Below, in pieces: positions 28,844-38,297 of a stretch of 64,000 bases of DNA. Source of the DNA: Geopsychrobacteraceae bacterium (lineage in GTDB: Bacteria > Desulfobacterota > Desulfuromonadia > Desulfuromonadales > Geopsychrobacteraceae); contig OY759353.1 in assembly GCA_963662315.1 (NCBI GenBank), forward strand, positions 3,296,001 to 3,360,000, given 5' to 3'. Under the pieces are notes generated by a model, which saw only the letters and a list, made by a program, of their open reading frames with translations, was not told where the DNA came from and did not search any database. Position 1 is the stretch's first letter. Each line of letters begins with the position of its first letter. A program made the translations under genes and the position numbers.

Positions 28844-30712
28844 ATGATGAAGTTTGCAAGCATTGCCACATTTCTGCTGTTGCTGGTGCCGGGGGGCGTC
28901 AGCGCAGCTTCTGAACACGAACTGTCCCCCCTGGTGGTGACCGCAACCATGACAGAACAGAACTTTGCTGTAGCTACCGGTACCGTCGAGGTGATCAGCA
29001 GTGAAGATATTGCCAGGTTGGGGGCTGAAGACGTTGCCGACGTGCTGCGCTATGCCACCGGCCTTAACCTGCTGACCGGCACCGGGCGCGCCAAAGAGGT
29101 ATCGATTCGTGGTATGGGGGCGGGCCATACCCTGATTCTGCTCGATGGTCGCCGTATCACCGGTGGTTACAATGCGACAGTCGATGTGCGGCAGATTCCG
29201 GTCGTGCTGATTGATCATATCGAAATCGTTCGAGGCCCCGGTTCGGCCCTGTATGGCAGCGAGGCGACCGGCGGAGTCATTAACATTATAACCAAACAGG
29301 CGCCCAAACAGACCGAAGCCGCTATCGATGCCCGCGGCGCTGTCGGGCTTGCTGCTGAACAGAATTTGCAAGGCATGATTGGTAGCGGCAGTGGGCTGCT
29401 GCGGGCCATTATTGCCGCTGCCCATTATGAGCAGGATGGTTGGGATAAAGCCGGTGATCCGGTTCAGGAGCTGGATGATCTGCAGCAGGATAGTCTGTTT
29501 ACGCGGGCGGCCGTCGATCTGGCCCAAGGACATGAACTGTCGGTAGGGGGCGAGTGGAGCAAGTTTCAGCGTGACGGTACCCGCTATTATATGAATGCGG
29601 AGCGGATGCGGAAGGGCGAAGAAGAACGTGTCGGTGGATTTTTGCAGTACCGTTACCAGCCTGATGCTGATTACGACGCGATGTTCAGGGTTTATGGCAA
29701 CCAGAGCGAAGGTTCATATCGTTTCTCCCCTGTAGCACCATCCTCCTCCTCAGATGAAAACCGCCGGGAGCTGTTGCAGATTGAAAGTCGTGGTTCCGTC
29801 AGTATTGCAGAGACCTTAACCCTGACAGCTGGAGGGGAAATGCGTTGGGAGGCTCTGGAAGGTGATCAGCTTGACGCTTTGAGTGATGATCGCAAATCAG
29901 AGCGCGTTAGCGCCGTGTTTGGGCAGTTTAACTGGGTACCGATCCCGTGGTTCAGCCTGGTTGGCAGCCTGCGCTTTGACGATTATCGCAATTCCGGCAA
30001 CGACCTGTCGCCGCGCCTGGTGGCCAGCTTTTATCTGCCCAAGGGGAAGGTGTGGGCAAGTTATGGTGAAGGCTTCCGAGCGGCATCCCTCGATCAGTTT
30101 TACGGTCAGGTCTATAAACGCCAGGGCAAAGACCTTTACCTGGGAAATGAAGATCTTGATCCGGAAACGTCGCGCAGTGCCGAAGCCGGGATCGCGCTGC
30201 ACAACGACCGACTTCGTGGTCAGCTGGTCTATTTCTATAATCGTATTGAAGATCTTATCGATGCAGAGTTGGTGTCAACGGCCAGCGGCAAGCGGACTTT
30301 TGAATATCAGAACGTCAACAAAGCCACGACTTACGGTATTGAGCTAGAAACCGGTGTGACACTGACCGAACGACTTGATCTGTCGGCTCAGGGGACCTGG
30401 CTACAGACTGAGAACGAGGAGAGCGGTGAAGATCTGGCCAATGAACCGGAATGGAAGGGTGACGTTGCTCTGACCTGGCAGATTCCGCTAATCGAGGTTG
30501 AGGCCCAGATGCGTTATCTCTACTTTGGCACCAGTGAAGACGGCAGTGGCGGTAAGCTCGACCGCTATGACCTGGTCAGCTTGAGTCTGACGAAACAGGT
30601 GACGGAAAACCTGAAAATCTATGCCGGTTCCGACAACCTGTTTCAGGAAGAAAATGATGACTACTTTCAGGATCCCCTGGAAGTGTATGCAGGGCTCACT
30701 TACCGTTTCTGA
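28844..30712 (+). CDS. TonB-dependent receptor 3
   Basis: LVVTAT TonB box; SIRG...LILLDGRR...IEIVRGPGSALYGSEATGGVINIITK; C-terminal GLTYRF. Confidence 0.92.
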   Translation: MMKFASIATFLLLLVPGGVSAASEHELSPLVVTATMTEQNFAVATGTVEVISSEDIARLGAEDVADVLRYATGLNLLTGTGRAKEVSIRGMGAGHTLILLDGRRITGGYNATVDVRQIPVVLIDHIEIVRGPGSALYGSEATGGVINIITKQAPKQTEAAIDARGAVGLAAEQNLQGMIGSGSGLLRAIIAAAHYEQDGWDKAGDPVQELDDLQQDSLFTRAAVDLAQGHELSVGGEWSKFQRDGTRYYMNAERMRKGEEERVGGFLQYRYQPDADYDAMFRVYGNQSEGSYRFSPVAPSSSSDENRRELLQIESRGSVSIAETLTLTAGGEMRWEALEGDQLDALSDDRKSERVSAVFGQFNWVPIPWFSLVGSLRFDDYRNSGNDLSPRLVASFYLPKGKVWASYGEGFRAASLDQFYGQVYKRQGKDLYLGNEDLDPETSRSAEAGIALHNDRLRGQLVYFYNRIEDLIDAELVSTASGKRTFEYQNVNKATTYGIELETGVTLTERLDLSAQGTWLQTENEESGEDLANEPEWKGDVALTWQIPLIEVEAQMRYLYFGTSEDGSGGKLDRYDLVSLSLTKQVTENLKIYAGSDNLFQEENDDYFQDPLEVYAGLTYRF

Positions 30713-30734
30713 AATTGCAGGATAAGGAGGACCC

Positions 30735-31568
30735 ATGTCGCTGATTGAAATGACCAATCTGAGTTATGGCTATACCAATAAACGGGTTCTGGATGATGTC
30801 AGCCTGACTATTGAAGCTGGTGAAGTTGTCGCCCTGCTTGGTCCCAATGGCAGCGGAAAGACAACGTTGCTCAAATTGCTGCTTGGTTTGTTGACTCCGC
30901 AACGCGGGAAGGTCCGTTTTGATGGTTGTGACATCGCTTCTCTGAGCGCCCGCCAGCTGGCGCGGCGGGTGGCTTATGTTCCTCAGGTCCATCGTATGGC
31001 TTTCGGCTACCGGGTGCTCGATGTGGTGCTGATGGGGCGTATGCCCCATAAGGGGATGTTTTTTACCTACAGCAAAAAGGATGAACAAATCGCTTTGGCA
31101 GCCTTGGAGCGTTTGTCGATTAGCCACCTGAAAGAGCAACCGTATACGGAAATCAGTGGTGGGGAGCGGCAACTGACGCTGATCGCCCGGGCTCTGACCC
31201 AGGGAGCAGAGATCTTTGTCATGGATGAACCGGTCAATGGCCTCGATTACGGCAACCAGATCCGGCTGCTCAGCCGCATTGGCGAGTTGGCCGAAGCAGG
31301 CTACACCTTTATCAAAACAACGCACTATCCTGATCATGCGTTATGGGTGGCACACCGGGTGGTGATGCTGCAACAGGGCCGAATTCTGGCAGATGGACCT
31401 GCCGGACAGGTGGTGAACCATGACAATCTGCTGCAGTTGTATCAGGCCCGTGTTGATGTCTGTGCATTGCGTGGCGGGGTTGTGTGTGTGCCGGAAGCGT
31501 TACAGAAAAGCCGGTCGGGTAGCGATGTCGGTAAGGTGTCTCTTTTGCGTCAGGTTGTTGGAGCTTGA
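30735..31568 (+). CDS. FecE/BtuD-type ABC ATPase 2
   Basis: GPNGSGKTT, ISGGERQ, MDEP. Confidence 0.9.
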   Translation: MSLIEMTNLSYGYTNKRVLDDVSLTIEAGEVVALLGPNGSGKTTLLKLLLGLLTPQRGKVRFDGCDIASLSARQLARRVAYVPQVHRMAFGYRVLDVVLMGRMPHKGMFFTYSKKDEQIALAALERLSISHLKEQPYTEISGGERQLTLIARALTQGAEIFVMDEPVNGLDYGNQIRLLSRIGELAEAGYTFIKTTHYPDHALWVAHRVVMLQQGRILADGPAGQVVNHDNLLQLYQARVDVCALRGGVVCVPEALQKSRSGSDVGKVSLLRQVVGA

Positions 31569-31638
31569 CAGCCGCCCTGCCAAAGGACTCCGAAAGACCT
31601 GCTTCAGTTGATGGTGGAGTAGAGGAAAAGGAAAAGAA

Positions 31639-32415
31639 GTGCTCAAGACAAGCTTAGTATTAATGATGTTAACCCTTGGTTGCTGGTGTTTCAGCAGTCT
31701 TTCCCAGGCTGTGGATAACTCTGTTGAAAAGAGGATAGAAGAGCCGGTCAGTCAAGCTATATCCCTCAGAAAAAACCTGCAAAAGCATGAAAAACAGTGG
31801 CTTCAGGAGAAACATGAAAAGCTGACACGTTATGCACAGCTGGAGCAGGAACTTAGAACGCTTCAGGAGCACAAAGAGCAACTTGAGAGTCAAGCTGATG
31901 CTGTACAGAAACGGGTTCGAGCGAAACAGATCGAACTGGATGAATTAGCCCGGATCAGTGATCAGCTGGCACCCTTTATCGCCGAAACCATGCAGCGCCT
32001 GCAGCAATTTGTGGCTGCAGACCTTCCATTTCTGACGCAGGAACGTAAGCAGCGGATCGTACGTGTCGAGCAAATTGTTTCCGACCCAGATGTCCCCGTC
32101 AGTGAAAAACTACGTAAAACCCTTGAAGCGCTGATGGTTGAGGCCGATTACGGTCGGACCATTGAGGTGACGCGCGAGTCGATTCTGCTTGGTGAGACCG
32201 CGACTTTGGTCAATGTGTTTCGCCTGGGGCGGCTGGGACTCTATTTTGAAACTCTGGATGAACAGCGTTGTGGCGTCTTCAATATGGCAGTCAACAGCTG
32301 GCAGGAGCTGCCTGTCCATGACGGGAAAGGGATTCACGCCGCGCTGGAAATTGGAGCCAAGCGGAGACCGGCCGAATTGGTGGCCCTCCCGCTGGGAAGG
32401 CTGGTGCAGCAATGA
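31639..32415 (+). CDS. DUF3450 protein (TtpB-like)
   Basis: Signal peptide and coiled coil; LPFLTQER, SEKLRK, EADYG, RLGRLGLYF. Confidence 0.8.
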   Translation: MLKTSLVLMMLTLGCWCFSSLSQAVDNSVEKRIEEPVSQAISLRKNLQKHEKQWLQEKHEKLTRYAQLEQELRTLQEHKEQLESQADAVQKRVRAKQIELDELARISDQLAPFIAETMQRLQQFVAADLPFLTQERKQRIVRVEQIVSDPDVPVSEKLRKTLEALMVEADYGRTIEVTRESILLGETATLVNVFRLGRLGLYFETLDEQRCGVFNMAVNSWQELPVHDGKGIHAALEIGAKRRPAELVALPLGRLVQQ

Positions 32416-33839
32416 AGACATGGCTGGGCTGGATGCTTTTAGCTGCCCTTTTCTCTTCGCTTTTGGTTGTGGAAGCTGCGGGGCAGGATATGCGTTTTGT
32501 GCAGCAGCAGGTTCAGGAACAGCGGTTGCAGCTCGAAGCTCAGGCTGCTGCAGAAAAGCGCACTGCCGAGGAAGAACGTCGCCAACGGCTTGCGCAGATC
32601 AGCCAGGACCGAACGGTTCTTAACCGCGAAATGGCCGACCTGGAAAGCCAGGTTAAGCAACTCCGGCAGCAGGTCAGTGGGCTGGCCGGGACTATCAGTG
32701 ACCTGCAGCAGCAAGACCAGGAGCTGACCAATATGCTGGCAAAAACCGATGCTCTGCTGCGCGAAACGATTGGTGTTGTTCGTCTTAATGCGAAAGACCT
32801 GCTCTCTGTGTTGCGTGACGATCCACAAAGCGGCGTGCAAGTAGCACATACGCAGGTGCTGGAGGGAATTGTCGAGCAGGCGCACTTTCCTGCGATGGCC
32901 GATATTCGCATGATGGCCGATCTGGTATTTGCCCAGCTGCGCAGCAGTGGTGAGGTTGAGCTGCATAGCGCAGAAATTATTGACCGCTCCGGTTTTAAGC
33001 GTGAGGCCCGGGTCCTGACTCTGGGCCCTTTTCCCCCACTCTACCAGCTCGATGGGGACGTTGGCTTTTTAGATTACTCTACTGTTGACGCCAGTCTGAC
33101 CGCTTTATCACGGCAGCCAGGAAGACGGCAACAGCGGCAGATAGCCGCCTATTTGCAGGGCGAGAGCGACATGGTCCCGGTTGATGTATCGCGGGGTGGT
33201 GCCTTACGTCAGTTAGCCCACCGCCTCAGTTTGTGGCAACAGGTTGAACGGGGGGGAATTTTGGTCTGGCCGATCATGGCGATTCTGCTTGTGGGCGGAC
33301 TGATTATCATTGAGCGAGTGGTGTTTCTGCTGCGCAAGCGAGGCAACGGAGATCGTTTACTCGCAGATATCGAACGTCTTGCTGAACAGGGGGATTGGGC
33401 AGCTTGCCAGCAGGTGTGCAGTGTGCAAGCGCGTAAACCGGTCGCCAGGGTCTTGCAGGCGGGATTGCAGTCCTGCAGTCGCTCGCGGGCCGATCTGGAA
33501 GATCATCTGCAGGAAGCGATTCTGCGTGAAATTCCCCCCTTGGAGCGTTTCCTCGCGGCACTGGGCATGCTGGCCGCCATTGCGCCGCTGCTTGGCCTGC
33601 TCGGTACCGTCACTGGTATGATTGATACCTTCCAGGTTATGACCCAATTCGGCACCGGTGATCCGCGCCTGATGTCCGGCGGTATTTCCGTAGCCCTGGT
33701 GACAACCATGCTGGGGCTGATGGTGGCTATTCCAATTATGCTGGCTCATACCCTGTTAGCTAGGGCAGTGGAAAATGCCATCGCTCAGCTGGAAGAAAAG
33801 GCGGTCGCTCTGGTCAATATCATGCAGAAAAGCAGGTGA
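32412..33839 (+). CDS. Long MotA/TolQ/ExbB proton channel protein (TtpC-like)
   Basis: Periplasmic coiled-coil N-terminus; APLLGLLGTVTGMI, GGISVALVTT. Confidence 0.85.
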   Translation: MKTWLGWMLLAALFSSLLVVEAAGQDMRFVQQQVQEQRLQLEAQAAAEKRTAEEERRQRLAQISQDRTVLNREMADLESQVKQLRQQVSGLAGTISDLQQQDQELTNMLAKTDALLRETIGVVRLNAKDLLSVLRDDPQSGVQVAHTQVLEGIVEQAHFPAMADIRMMADLVFAQLRSSGEVELHSAEIIDRSGFKREARVLTLGPFPPLYQLDGDVGFLDYSTVDASLTALSRQPGRRQQRQIAAYLQGESDMVPVDVSRGGALRQLAHRLSLWQQVERGGILVWPIMAILLVGGLIIIERVVFLLRKRGNGDRLLADIERLAEQGDWAACQQVCSVQARKPVARVLQAGLQSCSRSRADLEDHLQEAILREIPPLERFLAALGMLAAIAPLLGLLGTVTGMIDTFQVMTQFGTGDPRLMSGGISVALVTTMLGLMVAIPIMLAHTLLARAVENAIAQLEEKAVALVNIMQKSR

Positions 33840-33842
33840 ACG

Positions 33843-34454
33843 ATGGGAGACTGGGTACAACAGTATGGCTTTATCCTGGAGGACTATCTCGACAGCGGTG
33901 GGGTGACCATGGTGCCGCTGTTGCTGGCCTGCCTGGTGATGTGGGCGTTGATTATTGATCGCCTGCTGTTTTACCGGCGCTTACGCCGTTGGCGTGAACC
34001 GGTCGCAAAGGAATTGAACGGGTCTCCTCAGCATGGGATGCAGGCGTTGCTGCTGAGCGAATGTGCAGAAGTCAGCAGCAATTGGGACGCGGTGAGCGAT
34101 CACGTCGATGCTGTGGCGGGGCGCTATAGACAACGCTTGACTGCGTTGTTGCCCCTGATTGGAGTGCTGGCAGCGACGGCTCCTCTGCTGGGACTGTTGG
34201 GAACTGTTATTGGCATGATGACGACCTTCGATGTCCTGGCCCTGTTCGGCACCGGTAATGCCAGAGCCTTGGCCAGCGGTATTTCCGAAGCGTTGATCAC
34301 GACGCAGAGTGGACTTTTGGTCGCAATTCCAGGCTTTTACATGAAAAGTTTCCTGGATCGTCGCGCCGGGGAATTGCAGCAGCAATTGACGCTGGCAACC
34401 TATTGGTTGAAGCAGCAGGGAGGACAGGTGGTGCAGGAGAGGGGTCATGATTAA
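33843..34454 (+). CDS. exbB: ExbB proton channel protein
   Basis: APLLGLLGTVIGM, GISEALITTQSGL. Confidence 0.85.
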   Translation: MGDWVQQYGFILEDYLDSGGVTMVPLLLACLVMWALIIDRLLFYRRLRRWREPVAKELNGSPQHGMQALLLSECAEVSSNWDAVSDHVDAVAGRYRQRLTALLPLIGVLAATAPLLGLLGTVIGMMTTFDVLALFGTGNARALASGISEALITTQSGLLVAIPGFYMKSFLDRRAGELQQQLTLATYWLKQQGGQVVQERGHD

Positions 34455-34860
34455 CATCACCGCGCAGCGTCGCAGTAAACGCGATAGTGTCGATCTGAAT
34501 ATGGCACCCCTTATCGACATGGTGTTTATCCTGCTGATATTTTTTCTGGTGACTACCTCCTTTGTCAAAGAGACCGGCATCGAAGTCCAGCGGCCGACGG
34601 CAGCAAGTGCCGCGAGCCAGAACAAGACCACCATCATGCTGGCCATATCGCCTCAGAACCAAGTGTTTATGGACCATCGTGAAATCGATATCCGGGCGGT
34701 GCGGGCTAACGTGGAACGGGCTCTGGCCGAAAGCCCGGACAGTTCCGTGGTGGTTGTCGCAGACCGGGATAGCAGTACCGGCATTGCTGTGCAGGTCATG
34801 GACGGTTGTCGTCTGGCCGGGGCTGTCAATGTGGCGCTGGCAGCAGAGCTGCAACAGTGA
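34447..34860 (+). CDS. exbD: ExbD biopolymer transport protein
   Basis: NMAPLIDMVFILLIFFLVTTSF. Confidence 0.92.
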   Translation: MINITAQRRSKRDSVDLNMAPLIDMVFILLIFFLVTTSFVKETGIEVQRPTAASAASQNKTTIMLAISPQNQVFMDHREIDIRAVRANVERALAESPDSSVVVVADRDSSTGIAVQVMDGCRLAGAVNVALAAELQQ

Positions 34861-34878
34861 TAGTGGAGATCCATATAG

Positions 34879-35595
34879 GTGCAGATATTCAAACTTCAAA
34901 TGGATGACTCATTTGCCTGGCGGCAGGCCTGGTCCGGTCAGGCCAGGAGCCACTTGCTGGCAGTTTTAAGCGCACTGGCTGTGACCTTTGTCCTGTTTGC
35001 CGTGGTGCCGCTGATTCTGCACCCTGGAATGATTTCCGACGTGACACCGACAACTGCCAGGCCGGTAACGGTTGTCAGGCTGCCCAGGCAGGAAAAGCCT
35101 GTCCGGCCTCTGGTGCAGCCCGCTACCCAAGCCGCAACCAAGCAGGTCAAAAACATACCGTCACCGCAGCCTGTGCAACCGCAGTTGACCAGGCCGTTGG
35201 ACTTACCCTTTGAACTGGCGCCCCAGCTCCCGGATCTGCCGGCTGTCAGTCTGCCCCAGGTTGATCAGGTTCACCTCGTCGCTAGCGATTTTGCCGTTCC
35301 AGACGTTTTTTCCAGTAGTGACCTTGATCAGCCGTTGCTTGCCCTGGTGCGGCAACAGCCGCTTTACCCCTTGTTTGCAAAGCAGCGGCGGGTACAGGGG
35401 CAGGTACGGGTGCGTTTCGTGGTGACCAAAAACGGCGGGGTCGAACAGATATCGGTTATTAAGGCCAGTCCTGCGGGAGTTTTTGAGGAGAGTGTCATCA
35501 GGTGCGTGAGTGGTTGGCGTTTCCGGCCGGGGACTGTTGATGGTCTTGCTGTGGATAGTTGGGCGGAAACGACGATCAGTTTTGTGTTGAAGTAG
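34879..35595 (+). CDS. tonB: Energy transducer TonB
   Basis: N-terminal TM helix, Pro-rich linker, YPLFAKQRRVQGQV...WRFRP. Confidence 0.88.
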   Translation: MQIFKLQMDDSFAWRQAWSGQARSHLLAVLSALAVTFVLFAVVPLILHPGMISDVTPTTARPVTVVRLPRQEKPVRPLVQPATQAATKQVKNIPSPQPVQPQLTRPLDLPFELAPQLPDLPAVSLPQVDQVHLVASDFAVPDVFSSSDLDQPLLALVRQQPLYPLFAKQRRVQGQVRVRFVVTKNGGVEQISVIKASPAGVFEESVIRCVSGWRFRPGTVDGLAVDSWAETTISFVLK

Positions 35596-35749
35596 TGTCG
35601 GCGGAAACAGGTGGGGCGAGACAGACCTTCGACCAATGTGACTTGAGTTCAAATATATCGCTGGATACATGCAAATAAGTGTTACGGGTAGTCAAATGAA
35701 CAGATATTGCAGCGTTAAAGAGCGTAGTGCATGTCAGGATGGAGGATTT

Positions 35750-37072
35750 ATGATGAAAAAATTCATTCTGTTTATGGTCCTGGCGTCAATGACGTCCTTA
35801 ATCAAGGTTCCGGTCTGCAATGCCGCGGATTATAGTCATCTTCCGGTGCGGGTACGGATTGTTCTTGAACAGATCTCCCGCTTGCTGGAACAGGAAAACT
35901 ATGCCAGGGCCATCGCTGTACTCGAAAAGTTCCAACAGCACTGCGATAACGGAGCCTGCCAGGCCGATGATATTGCTGCTCTTGGTTATCATCATCCCCT
36001 GATCGATTTCTACCTGGGCAACTGCTACCTGCATGAGCAACAGTATGACCGGGCCACCCAGGCTTATGGGGCGGCAGTGATCAAGGATAGCAATTTCATG
36101 GCTGCATGGCGCAATCTGGCGAAAGCTTATTTTGAGCAGCAGAACTATGATGATGCGGCACGCTGTTTTCTCGCCTGTGCTGAAAAAGCAACTGATCATC
36201 AGGTCAATGATCGCTATTACGCGGCGGTTTCCTATGTGTTGGCCCATCGCTACCATGATGCCGTGAGGCAATTTGACAAACTGCTGGAAATTCACCCGGA
36301 CCCCTTGCCCCTGGACTGGAAAGAACAGCTGGTTCAGGCCTTCATCGCCGCCGGTCAGGAACGGCGGGCACTCCCCTATCTGCAGGAACTGATCGCCGAA
36401 GCGCAGGGTGAACAGCAGAAAAAGTGGCGGGAGATTCTTCTCTATCAATATCTGCAACTCGATATGCTTACTGAAGCCAGAAGTTACGCCAAGCAGCTGA
36501 CCCATGCTGACTGTACCTGCCCGGTATGGTGGAAAGCTCTGGCGCATATCGAACTGGCCTATCAGCATGATGAAGATGCCCTTGCTGCTTTAACCATTTA
36601 CCGCTATCTGACTCCCCAGTCTGAAAATGAGAAAAAACTCTGGGCCGATCTCAATCTGCAGCTCAACCTGCCACGTCAGGCGGCGGCAGAATATCTGAAA
36701 TTGTTAAAAGGAAAACCGGATGAACAGATTGTGCAGAATCTGGTGTTGGCCTACCGTCATCTTGGTCAGGAGGATAAAGCCCTCGAACAACTTGAACATT
36801 ATCTGCCCGCTTTAAATTCGGCGGGTCTGCTCATGCTGAAGGCAGATCTGCTCTATTCACTGGAACGCTTTGCTGAAGCTGCGGCTGTGTATCGCCAAGT
36901 GGCCCGTGTTGATAGCGATCAGGCGGGAAAAGCCTGGTTGATGGCTGGTTACGCCGCCTGGCATGATGACGATATCCGCTCAAGTCAGATGGCGTTTGAT
37001 AATGCCGCCGCAACCAGAGAGCAGCGCAGTGCGGCGTTGGCAGCGTTGAAACAATTATCGCAACTTAATTAG
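35750..37072 (+). CDS. Tetratricopeptide repeat protein (TtpD-like)
   Basis: Signal peptide; TPR helices (LGNCYL...AWRNLAKAYF); RBS GGAGG. Confidence 0.8.
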   Translation: MMKKFILFMVLASMTSLIKVPVCNAADYSHLPVRVRIVLEQISRLLEQENYARAIAVLEKFQQHCDNGACQADDIAALGYHHPLIDFYLGNCYLHEQQYDRATQAYGAAVIKDSNFMAAWRNLAKAYFEQQNYDDAARCFLACAEKATDHQVNDRYYAAVSYVLAHRYHDAVRQFDKLLEIHPDPLPLDWKEQLVQAFIAAGQERRALPYLQELIAEAQGEQQKKWREILLYQYLQLDMLTEARSYAKQLTHADCTCPVWWKALAHIELAYQHDEDALAALTIYRYLTPQSENEKKLWADLNLQLNLPRQAAAEYLKLLKGKPDEQIVQNLVLAYRHLGQEDKALEQLEHYLPALNSAGLLMLKADLLYSLERFAEAAAVYRQVARVDSDQAGKAWLMAGYAAWHDDDIRSSQMAFDNAAATREQRSAALAALKQLSQLN

Positions 37073-37214
37073 TTTTCATCCGGAAACGGCCCTTTTCGCT
37101 GTGGCGGTGTCAATCTTCGGTCTTGTTTGTGCGGCGTAAAGCATTACGCCTCCGCATAAGACCTTGGTTTTCTTGCCACAACGAAAAATTGCTCGTTTCC
37201 AATCTGAAAACTTA
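37070..37214. repeat. Foldback / MITE-like intergenic repeat, copy 1
   Basis: Terminal inverted repeats AGTTTTCATCCGGAAACG / CGTTTCCAATCTGAAAACT; nested internal palindromes. Confidence 0.65.
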
Positions 37215-37484
37215 CTCGTTGGAAGCTGATTTTTCCCGCTCTGCAGTTTAATTTTTTCTTCCAGAGGGGAAAAGGTGCCAAAGGGCGGATGTAGGTTATT
37301 TGGACTGCTTTTGCTCCCCCTGCCCTGGCCAAATTTTCAAGTTGAAATACGAAGTAATTTCCAGGACTGCAATACCGATCAGCCCTTCAATAATTCGGGT
37401 TTTCTGTATCAGGATTGAGTCGATAATTGCTGAAATCCCCAATCTAAAGAGTTATCGGACCACCAGACGCAAAATGAGACGTGT

Positions 37485-37509
37485 GTAGCAATTTGGTTCA
37501 GATTGCTAC
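37485..37509. promoter_or_regulatory. Candidate enhancer-binding-protein site
   Basis: GTAGCAAT-N9-ATTGCTAC inverted repeat about 100-120 bp upstream of a -24/-12 motif. Confidence 0.4.
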
Positions 37510-37607
37510 GGGAAAAATTTGTGCAGCACTGCTGGAAATATCTGGTCATAACAATCAGGGAGCCTTAAAGGCCAGTATTTATGCCGATTTTCATATGACA
37601 GCCGAAA

Positions 37608-37623
37608 TGGCATTCTATTTGCT
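37608..37623 (+). promoter_or_regulatory. Sigma54 (-24/-12) promoter
   Basis: TGGCATTCTATTTGCT = GG-N10-GC, close to the TGGCAC-N5-TTGCW consensus. Confidence 0.65.
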
Positions 37624-37959
37624 AATAAGGATGTCATGAATATTTGATGACCGGTGATTTTCACTGGAATCTAATGCGTACGTGGGATGTTGGTCAATTA
37701 AGTGCTTATCCGAAATTTTCGGGGGCGATGAAGTCGGTTTTCATCTCAGAAGCGCATTGTTTCCGAATGAAAACGAAGAAGTGTCCTGAAGCGGGTCCGA
37801 GGTCCGCCGGACTGGTTTCGGGAACCATTGGTTGTGACAGCTTGCCTGAACCTCTACTACTACTACGCCATGGTGGGTTGGGTAAGCTGTTACACCAATT
37901 TTATGTCAACGGATTGTGTGTAACGCAATCAACTAATGCTATCAAATAAGGAGATCGCT

Positions 37960-38094
37960 ATGTGTTTTCGTCCTGGTGGGGTTGAAAAACCGCAAGAGTG
38001 CCCAAAATGTGGAAAGAAACTGGTTGCCTTGGGTGGAGTAAAGCAAAAGGTTTGCCCTTTCTGCAAAACTCCTCTCGATCAAGAGGCAAAATAA
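37960..38094 (+). CDS. 44-aa zinc-ribbon-like small protein (absent from the ORF track)
   Basis: RBS AAGGAG; MCFRPGGVEKPQECPKCGKKLVALGGVKQKVCPFCKTPLDQEAK with two CPxC motifs; followed by a terminator. Confidence 0.8.
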   Translation: MCFRPGGVEKPQECPKCGKKLVALGGVKQKVCPFCKTPLDQEAK

Positions 38095-38133
38095 ATTTTT
38101 CCAAATTCATTGTTCATGCAATTGTTTGAACTG

Positions 38134-38162
38134 ACCACCCGGCCCGCTGGGTGGTTTTTTTT
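38134..38162 (+). terminator. Intrinsic terminator
   Basis: ACCACCCGG / CTGGGTGGT stem followed by a T run. Confidence 0.85.
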
Positions 38163-38280
38163 CTGTCTGGAAACGGCCCTTTTTCACAATCTTTGCGTTA
38201 GCCTGTGCCTTTGTTTGTGCGGTGCAAAGTCTTGGCATCCTTGATCTTGCGAAAAATTGCTCGTTTCCAAATCAGAAACG
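38158..38280. repeat. Foldback / MITE-like intergenic repeat, copy 2
   Basis: Shares GGAAACGGCCCTTTT, TTGTTTGTGCGG and CGAAAAATTGCTCGTTTCCAA with copy 1; inverted ends TTTCTGTCTGGAAACG / CGTTTCCAAATCAGAAA. Confidence 0.65.
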
Positions 38281-38297
38281 TTTCCTTCTCTTTCCCC

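Noticed and set aside
37644..37949. 101-aa ORF in the sigma54 leader
   Set aside because: TTG start, no recognisable motif and overlap with repeat-like hairpins; treated as non-coding
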